From the IMG/VR virus record IMGVR_UViG_3300032046_004423, positions 31,358-95,357 of that record: a DNA stretch of 64,000 bases. The stretch is one strand, 5' to 3'. Every line of letters begins with the position of its first letter. Within the stretch, counting starts at the first letter, position 1. Of the stretch, positions 51,852 through 59,659 are shown in pieces. The notes beneath the pieces are model-generated. The model saw nothing but the letters and a program-made list of their open reading frames with translations, searched no databases and was not told where the DNA came from. Source of the DNA: a virus. Taxonomy: Duplodnaviria; Heunggongvirae; Uroviricota; Caudoviricetes. Both the position numbers and the translations under genes were made by a program.

Positions 51852-52403
51852 ACTACTCCTCTAACCTCTCAACTAGCTTTTCCATCTTTACTATTGCTTT
51901 CTTAAATCCATACTTCTCAACAAACTCTTTAGCTTTAGCCTTCTCACCTTCAGTTATATACTCTCTCCCTTCTGACTCAGCTTTAGTGAAAGCTAGCATG
52001 TCAGCTGTGTAATCTATACCCAACTCCTTAAATCTAGTAGCTACTCCCAGTTTCTTAGCTAATTTCTTACCTCTAATATAAGTCATAACTTCTTCTTGCC
52101 TACTACTAGCATAGATGCCAGGTTCAGTCTTTTCTAGGTCGTGAGAAAAGGCATGAAGGAAGTTTACTACAGCCTCTTCTAAGGCCTCCTCCCGACCTAG
52201 ATTAGTTGGAAGTCCCACAGAAATATTACTACCAGATCTAGTACCAGAACCTCTCTCCAGGATGGGGAACCAACCAACATAAACCCTTCCCTTCCAGCCT
52301 ACCTCCCTAGCAGTCTTCCTTAGTTCTCTACCTACCCATCTTCTCCCACTCCAAGTTAATGGTACAGCCATATATTCCCACACCTATAGGGGGGGATTCT
52401 TTA

Positions 52404-52919
52404 CTACTTTACTAATCTTTCTACTAACCTTCTACCGTAGGTTATAGTTCTTTTAGGAACTTTCAGTTCAATCGATACTTTGGTAACCAAACTTAGGGCT
52501 TTCCTCCTACCAAATCCAAAGTCTTGCATTATTATTACCACTAAGTTTGCTAGGTCAGAGGAAGAAATCCTACCCTCTAAGTGCCTCATAACCTCAAGTT
52601 CGTTCCTAGTTACTACTCCTGGTTCCCTAGACTCTTTATGGCCTAACTTAGCATGAGCTAACTCGTGGCGAAGAGTCTCCCTAGCAGCTCCTTTTCTCTC
52701 CCTTCTAGGAACTAGTACTAAACCAAGTAAACCCTCTTTACTGGGAGGATAGTAAACACCTTCCTTTCCTCGAGTAATAATTATATGAGGTAGCTCAGTC
52801 CTAAGCAAGCCTACTTCTTCAGCCGCCTTATATATTATCCCAGGAGGTATCTCCTTGTAACCACCAGTCCTAGTTATATTAGGGAACTCCTCTTTGGCTA
52901 AATAGTACTTACCTGTCAT
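52404..52919 (-). CDS. ImmA/IrrE-like zincin paralog 3
   Basis: LRHELAHAKLGHKE followed by QDFGFG. Confidence 0.45.
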   Translation of the reverse strand: MTGKYYLAKEEFPNITRTGGYKEIPPGIIYKAAEEVGLLRTELPHIIITRGKEGVYYPPSKEGLLGLVLVPRRERKGAARETLRHELAHAKLGHKESREPGVVTRNELEVMRHLEGRISSSDLANLVVIIMQDFGFGRRKALSLVTKVSIELKVPKRTITYGRRLVERLVK

Positions 52920-53329
52920 CTAAACCCCCCAAGGCAGCACTCAGGCCTAGTACTTTCGTTAACTAGATATGGCTTACCCTCCTTGTCAACACCCCTGTTA
53001 AGGATAAGGGAGGAATATCTAGTAACTCCAAAACTCCTTCTAATAAAATCTAAGGCCTTCTCCTTATCAAAATCCAAACAACTAAAAACATCTAAGTAAA
53101 TAAAGTTAAACTCAGGATACGTATGTATAGTTATAGAACTCTCACCTAGAAATATAACTCCTGAAAGTGCAGTACCTTCTCTAGTAGGGAATGGGAAGTC
53201 AACAATTACAGGCTTACCAAAAGGGTGCATTCCAGAAACTAAAGCTGCTTCCAGTAACCACTCCTTTAACTTCTGCTCCCTACTTAGAAGCTGTGAATTA
53301 CTACAAAAAGCATCTACTATCAAGTGCAC
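52916..53329 (-). CDS. speH: SpeH-type pyruvoyl-dependent S-adenosylmethionine decarboxylase proenzyme
   Basis: LSGVIFLGESSITIHTYPEFNFIYLDVFSC aligns with Thermotoga SpeH [30 protein letters not shown] (ES cleavage site). Confidence 0.7.
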   Translation of the reverse strand: MHLIVDAFCSNSQLLSREQKLKEWLLEAALVSGMHPFGKPVIVDFPFPTREGTALSGVIFLGESSITIHTYPEFNFIYLDVFSCLDFDKEKALDFIRRSFGVTRYSSLILNRGVDKEGKPYLVNESTRPECCLGGFR

Positions 53330-53758
53330 TTAGCATATCCCTCCTTTCTCTAGTACTTCAGTCCTGCCACTTTGCAAGCCATGAGCGAACCAATTCAAGT
53401 CTTGTCTTGCTCTCCTACTAACTTTAATACCCCTCGCAGCTAATCTCCTCTCAACAAGTCCAGAGGCTTCAGATGGACTGAGCCCCCAATCCTGAACCAA
53501 CTCGCATACTATGGAGATACCAATCTTGTAAGTTAAAGGCTTATCCATTGCCCTATATGCATAGGACTCAGCATCTAACTCTCTATCAATAAGCTCATTA
53601 AGAGCCATTAAGCCAGGCTCATGTCCCAGTACCTTATGCCCCAACTCATGGAGCCTAGTTTTAGTACTTGGCTTACCATAGAACTTAATAACACCACCAC
53701 CAAGATAAGCACTAGTATTCTCCTCCCTACCAGGCCTTGGCTCAAGAAACTTACTCAT
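53330..53758 (-). CDS. ImmA/IrrE-like zincin paralog 4
   Basis: LHELGHKVLGHEPG followed by QDWGL. Confidence 0.45.
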   Translation of the reverse strand: MSKFLEPRPGREENTSAYLGGGVIKFYGKPSTKTRLHELGHKVLGHEPGLMALNELIDRELDAESYAYRAMDKPLTYKIGISIVCELVQDWGLSPSEASGLVERRLAARGIKVSRRARQDLNWFAHGLQSGRTEVLEKGGIC

Positions 53759-55346
53759 GCCCTAGGTAATCCTTTAAAATTCAACATCTTACTTAAAGGA
53801 CTACTACTAGAAGTGGTTCCTTGCTTCTCTAAACCCTTCTTTGCACTAACTAGAAAACTCCTAAGTGTAGATAAATCAGTAAACTTACTAATGCCAAGTG
53901 TCTTTGCCCAGCTAGTACCATACTGCTTCTTTAGCTGAGCTATTACAGCCTCGCGCTCAGCAATCTCAGCTTTCTTAGACAGTACTTCCTCTTCAATAGT
54001 CAGATGCTCTTTCTCTTCTTCTAGTTCACCAATTGTCTTTTTTCTTCCAAGTCTAAATGCTATTTAATTCCTCCTTATAGGGGACTTTCCCTCCATAGAA
54101 ACTTTCCCACTCATATGTCCTTTCAACTTTTTCTCCTCGTATTCTATAGCTATTCCAAGGTTCACATTCCCGTTTACATCCACACTCACATAAAAATCCT
54201 TTAGTCTCTAAGTCATATATAGCCATAATCTAGTCTCCAGTAAGCTCTTCAACATATCCTTTCCTTTGATACTCATTTAATTTACTCCTTGCTTCTTTAT
54301 CAACTACCAGCAACTCATCCAAGGATGCTGTTTTGAACTCATAGATATGGTCAAGTACTGCATCCCTATTAGGACCAGGTATCCTAGCAGCTCTTTTTCC
54401 CTCCTTAGTTAGTCTATAGATTTTCATATTCCTTTAATCTCCCAACCCTTTTTCTTCAATAACTCCACAAACCACCTCCTATCCTTCAACTTAGTTTTTC
54501 CTCTCAATCAAATACTTAGTAGCTTCAACTTTAAGTTCAGGCCCAAACCTACCAGCTAGTATAATCTCAGGATGCTCTCTAAGGAAGTTCTGAGCAAACT
54601 CTTTTATCTCCTCATCCTCAGTCCTAACTTTAAAAGATAGAGGGCGACCATCTGATATTACAAGTACTGGATCCCTAGAATACTTAGTAATAACTGCCAT
54701 AGCTTTATAACACAACTTCTCAAAGTCCTTATCTCGCATCTCCTTCCTAGTAAGGTGCTTATCTCTATCAACCACAACTATAGCGGTATATACTCTAGGT
54801 CCCTGCCATACTGTAAATGCAGCCCATCCAGGTCTTATCTCAAAGTCATAACTTCCTACAAACTTAGCCATCTACCTAGTATCCTTTTTAGCATTGAAAA
54901 GCTTCTCTAAGTCTAGTAAGTACTGTACCCCCTTAGTTTTCTCAGTACAAAATTCATCCTCTAACTTAGCTATTGCAGGCCGTCCCCCCTCCCTGTAAGC
55001 ATCAAGATATATACTTCTAAGTGCTGTGCTCTCAAAACCGGGTAAATCTCTAATCCTCTGCGTATCTATTTCTCTCTTCAATTGGAGACTGAAGTCCCTA
55101 AAATCAGGCTCAATCGGATAAAAATACAAGGTTCCATGTCTACTACTACGTCCAACCTTACCTTTCCAGACTAGATTCTTAAGTACCATCTTCAAGTCAG
55201 AGGCCATTATAACCACCCCTAACCGTTTAAGTACCCCAGCAAGCTTCTGATTAGTTACAGCAGTATCTCCCTCTGCCCTAGTTGCCAAGGTTAGAACAAA
55301 AAGTATTTGCTCCTCCCTGAGTGTAAGAAAAGGATCTGTAGACGTA

Positions 55347-56015
55347 CTATAAGTCCTCAACTGGAATCCTCATCTGCTTTCCTGTAAACGGTATAACCTC
55401 TTCAGTATTATATGCCCCAAAGAAAGCAGGGCCAAACACTCGAATCCTACTCCTCCTACCTGTCCTCAAGTCAAGGAATCTAGTAGTTGCCCATCCCGTT
55501 ACGCAATAGCCCAAGCATCTCGGACATACCTCTCCAGTTCCCTTACAAAAAGGACAATCTGTGTTTGGTGCCTCACCATCTTTACCACATGCAGGACACA
55601 TTACTCCACCCCTATTAACCATACCCTTACCACCACACTTCCTACATGGTTCTTCTTTTTGATACCTACAAGTACCCCTAACATCAACCTGTCTTCTAAA
55701 CCTTTTGTCTATAACATCTATATGGTGGAAGCATGCGTATAAGTCTACACCCCTTTTTCTAGTCTGAACAGTATAGTAAGTCCAAAGTATATTTGCCCTA
55801 CCCCCCGATCTTCTAGCATCAAGATACTGATGAGCTTCATCCAGTAATGTAACGCAGTTATTGAGAACTTCATCTTGTAGATGTTCCATAAAAAACTGCA
55901 TATCAAACTTAGTATAGGGGAAGCCCAAGTGTATATTGGATATTATCTTCCTTCCATACTGGTAATGTTCACTACAAGCCAGAGCAACAGCAGTTAAGGT
56001 CTTACCACTGCCCAT
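55347..56015 (-). CDS. Zot-like P-loop ATPase fused to a DnaJ-type CxxCxGxG zinc finger
   Basis: Walker A GSGKT, Walker B LLDEAHQ, Zot-type RKRGVDLYACFHHIDVIDKRFRR. The C-terminus has CRKCGGKG, CPACGKDG, CPFCKGTG and CPRCLG. Confidence 0.6.
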   Translation of the reverse strand: MGSGKTLTAVALACSEHYQYGRKIISNIHLGFPYTKFDMQFFMEHLQDEVLNNCVTLLDEAHQYLDARRSGGRANILWTYYTVQTRKRGVDLYACFHHIDVIDKRFRRQVDVRGTCRYQKEEPCRKCGGKGMVNRGGVMCPACGKDGEAPNTDCPFCKGTGEVCPRCLGYCVTGWATTRFLDLRTGRRSRIRVFGPAFFGAYNTEEVIPFTGKQMRIPVEDL

Positions 56016-56049
56016 TACTCCTTCAAAAAAGTGTAGATTGACATCTACA

Positions 56050-56235
56050 TCACCTCCTGCCCTCTTTAAACTCCCTTACTAACTCTTCCTCAGTAAGATA
56101 AGTATACGGAGAAGCTAGTATAGGACTAAATACTACTTCTTTACTCCCCAGAAACTGTCTGTAAGCTATAGCTATGGCAGATAAGGTCATTCCAGAACCT
56201 TTCACGCTCTCAAAACTGACTATATTAAACTCCAT
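56050..56235 (-). pseudogene. Duplicated N-terminal fragment of the Zot-like ATPase with a disrupted Walker A (GSGMT)
   Basis: FESVKGSGMTLSAIAIAY...SPYTY compares with FEGVMGSGKTLTAVALAC...FPYTK in the adjacent gene. It is separated from that gene by a stop and a frame change. Confidence 0.4.
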
Positions 56236-56776
56236 TCTAATCCTGTCTTTCCTCCATTCTCCTCATACCAAGGAGAACCTCCACTAACTCAAGTACACCC
56301 TGCCTATCTCTACTCTTCTGCCTCGATAGAAACTCCTCATCAAACAACTTTAACACCTTGGAGTTGTATCTCCTCTGTAAGACTCCCAACACAGTCATTA
56401 CATACATTAACTGTGGTGGTATCTCACTTATCATCTTCAACCTCTGGTAGTTTTTAGTATCAAACAATATGTTTATTGCTGATATCTCCTCAGGCGCTGC
56501 TGAGGCCATAATTGTGTCCATTAAACTTCTTTCCCCTGGCATATTACCTCCTTTCTAAAACTCCTAATTTTTCCAATTTCTTAACTGCAGCTAGTATTTC
56601 ATCCGTAGTGGCAAACTCCTTCCTACCATACTTATTTATGTATGGCTTTCCCGCTTTAAGTACTCTAACTATATTCATACTGATCTCACACTTAGTAAGA
56701 ATAGCCAAATCAAGCATAGTTAGCTTATCTTTCGCCTCCTTCATAGCCTTCTTATCTTTCACTGTGTGAAACTTCG

Positions 56777-57559
56777 TCACTGAAGCCTCCTGCGCTCTCT
56801 AATTGTCCTTAACCTCTCCTTATGCCTCTCCTTAGTTAACTGACTTCTCGATTTGACTGGCTCACGTGGGATTTTACTCCACTCAGACCAAAGCTTACCC
56901 TGTGACTCAGTCCTGACCTCAGTCCTCATCTGCCAAGTAAGAGGTACTATCACCATTATAATGAAGACAAAACCCAGTACCTGTGTCCAAGGACTATCTA
57001 GTCCAAGGTTGGTTACGTTTCCTATCAAAAGCCAGATTCCTAGCACTAACCAAATCAGGGCAGCTGCTATCCTCATAAGCAACTGACCCGTGTATCTAGC
57101 TAGGAAAGTCAAGAACCCAGCCATTATAATTACTCCGATAAACAAAAACGATTGACTCATAAAGTTTCCAACTCCAGTAGTACCAGTTTCTTCCCAAGTA
57201 CCATTCGCAGTTTCAGACCATGCTCTATAGTATATCGGCCCAACAAGACCGAGATTCTCAATCCATTGGGTAGCACTAGTACCACTCCCATAGTAGATCT
57301 CAAATCCATCACTCCTATCTGTAGGCAGCCTATCGTAAGCTGCTCTTACTAATGTATTTACTGCACCCGGACCTTTTGTCCATGATATCCCTATCTCATA
57401 GTCACTAATGTAGGTTAAGGTAAGTCCCCCTGGGGCACCAACAATATAGCCTACCGCTGTTATCGTTATAGTTTCCGTTGAGTCTGCTGATACTAGAGTT
57501 GGAGCTACTAGTAACAGTAGTATGACTACAAAGAAAGCTAATCTTTTCCACTTCCACAC
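56777..57559 (-). CDS. membrane-anchored FN3-like surface protein (signal peptide, FN3, 3 TM, basic tail)
   Basis: Signal ...LVSADS. LTLTYISDYEIGISW...IYYRAWSETANGTW has an FN3-like pattern. Three hydrophobic helices follow, then RKERHKERLRTIRERRR. Confidence 0.5.
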   Translation of the reverse strand: MWKWKRLAFFVVILLLLVAPTLVSADSTETITITAVGYIVGAPGGLTLTYISDYEIGISWTKGPGAVNTLVRAAYDRLPTDRSDGFEIYYGSGTSATQWIENLGLVGPIYYRAWSETANGTWEETGTTGVGNFMSQSFLFIGVIIMAGFLTFLARYTGQLLMRIAAALIWLVLGIWLLIGNVTNLGLDSPWTQVLGFVFIIMVIVPLTWQMRTEVRTESQGKLWSEWSKIPREPVKSRSQLTKERHKERLRTIRERRRLQ

Positions 57560-58421
57560 TTTGTTACCTCATTCGATAGTTCGCTTGCTAAAAACTCCCT
57601 GCACAACTTAACTCTCATGCTAGAACATGGCATAATTCTTCCTGCTAGTCTAACCAGCCATATACCAATTTTAAGTCTTACTGTTCTTATCATTCTATAG
57701 CCCCTATAATAGCTTCCAAGCATCTGTCCACCATATCCTCCTCCCAAGGCTGCAAGGTAGTCTTGAACTCACCAAACTCTACACCATCAAAGCCATCTTC
57801 ATCCCAATAAAAACGAACTGGCACTCTTATCTCAATTACCTCTTTATAATTCTCAGTAGATATAGAAGCAACCTCTATAGTCATTGTTTCACAACCTCAA
57901 TTTGCTTTTTGTAATATGGACGCTTACCACCCCTTCTCTCCCACACTAGGGCTGCCTTGTAAGTAGTCTTACGCCCAATCTGTTTAACCTTTGAGCCAGG
58001 AAATTCCCCCTGGTGCTCAGCCTCTCGTCCATTTAGGTCATAGGTAATACTTCGTAGTACTACCTTACGTCCTATCTTGAGTTGGTATTTATAGGTATCT
58101 TTCTCTTTAGAGGGTATGGATGCAACTTCAATCATAGTGTTCCTTAACCCAAGCTAAGGCAGCTTCTCGTGTAGTTTTTCTACCAACTTGTTCAACTGTA
58201 GCATCAGGATAACGGGCCTTGATGCCTGAACTCACTAGTTTAATACTACTCGAGCACTGTCTCATTATTACGGTATTCTTTCGCCTCACAAGAATCTTGT
58301 ATGTATCTTTAACTTTCACTTACTTTCTCTCCTTTACTGCCTACTATAGGAAGAACATAGTAGAACATTAGCCAACTCCCGATACCCCAGAATGCTACCA
58401 TCCACCATACTCGTAGATACT

Positions 58422-58958
58422 CTATTGCATTACTACAAGCCACCTTGAGCAAAGTTCCGTTTGTATTGTTCCTCCCTGTGTTATATCCTTAACGCTTATC
58501 CAAAACTCCCACTTGTCTGCTGTGATTACCACATTGGCAGGAATATCAAGAGCAACTAGTATTTCTCTTGTCTCGTAGGGCATTAAGACAGGACTACTAT
58601 CAGCAATAACTACCCAGCTATCCGCTTCAATAGGGGGCTCAGCATAGCCCTCAGCTACGTAGTCAGGCTCACGGTAGACTACAGCAAACTCTGCTGTTGC
58701 ATCGTTACCATTGTGTACTGATAGTTCCCATTCAGCCCTAGCACCAGGGTAAAAGTTCCCTATCTGGACTTTAGCTGGGCTAATCCAGGTCCTATCAACT
58801 GGAGGTTGCCCATCAGTAGTTGTATTGCTAGTTGGTATATTGTCTGCTGGGATAAATAGGCTACATCCTGTTAGTAGTAAAACTCCTATAATTAGTAAGG
58901 GAGTTATTAACTTCAGTTTCCTTTCCATATTCACCTCATTTTTGAGTCTAGGGGGCAC
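58422..58958 (-). CDS. secreted lipoprotein
   Basis: Lipobox LLLTGCS. Probable start at the internal MERKLKL. Confidence 0.5.
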   Translation of the reverse strand: MPPRLKNEVNMERKLKLITPLLIIGVLLLTGCSLFIPADNIPTSNTTTDGQPPVDRTWISPAKVQIGNFYPGARAEWELSVHNGNDATAEFAVVYREPDYVAEGYAEPPIEADSWVVIADSSPVLMPYETREILVALDIPANVVITADKWEFWISVKDITQGGTIQTELCSRWLVVMQ

Positions 58959-59004
58959 TTTCCTTTCAACCTCAATCGCCCGCTTTCCACGAGTCCTAAT
59001 TAGA

Positions 59005-59547
59005 TTAACCAGTTGCGTTCATTGCTGCTGTTAGTGTTATGGTATCTTGCTGAGCATCACCATGCGTAAAGGCATTTGGGGCATCAAGCTGTACTCCCCA
59101 CTGTTGAGAAGCACCATTATCCAAGTCAGTTTTGAAGCTAACAGTGCTTCCACTAGGTATTGTAGTGCCAGGGAAGCTTCCAGCAGAAAGAGCAAAACTT
59201 AGCTGTCCTGTGTTTGAACCTGCTGCACCATAAGTCCAGTTAGTACTACCATCTTTTGCCCAGCCGTTACACCCGATAGTTATGTTACAAGCTACACTCC
59301 CCTCATTGGTCACATTGAAGCCATTAAGAGTTGTGTTCTCATCTGTGTCAGCGAGTACCGTGCCAAAGTCAAAGGTGGTTAGGTTATTACTAATACTAAC
59401 CCAGCCCGGTGTAGCATTTATGGTCACATTTTGGGTTGTAGCAGCAGCAAAAGCCATTCCACTAAAACCTAGCAATCCAGCTACAGGTGATAACATTAGG
59501 ATAGCTACTAGAGCTATTCCCAACAACCACTTAAAACCTTTCCTCAT
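59005..59547 (-). CDS. secreted CARDB/DUF11-like domain protein; stand-alone paralog of the C-terminal domain of the 881-aa protein
   Basis: Signal peptide. NATPGWVSISNNLTTFDFGTV...FNVTNEGSVACNITI...QWGVQLDAP parallels NTPASWDFGTV...FNVTNTGDVPVNISI...QWGLELYTP. Confidence 0.5.
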   Translation of the reverse strand: MRKGFKWLLGIALVAILMLSPVAGLLGFSGMAFAAATTQNVTINATPGWVSISNNLTTFDFGTVLADTDENTTLNGFNVTNEGSVACNITIGCNGWAKDGSTNWTYGAAGSNTGQLSFALSAGSFPGTTIPSGSTVSFKTDLDNGASQQWGVQLDAPNAFTHGDAQQDTITLTAAMNATG

Positions 59548-59659
59548 TTACCTTTCCCTCCTTTCTTATTATTTTCTAGAGCCTGACCGACCACAGGCAG
59601 TTCAGTTTTCTTACCGTAACCTTTTGGTTTCTTATTATTACGTCTTCCTTTCTTTCCCA

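Noticed and set aside
54230-55360. Interpreting the Zot neighbourhood as an integrated inovirus (Rep, ssb, coat, pIII, pI)
   Set aside because: There is no RCR Rep HUH motif, no small major-coat-like ORFs in the right order and no secretin. The surrounding genes are zincins and glycosylation genes. Only the Zot-like ATPase fits.
56016-56235. Possibility that the Zot-like gene is simply longer, or has a frameshifted N-terminus continuing from the 61-aa ORF
   Set aside because: Translating the junction shows a TGA stop followed by TAG/TAA in the downstream frame. The downstream ATG has its own GAAGGAG RBS. The two are separate, and the upstream piece is a diverged duplicate.
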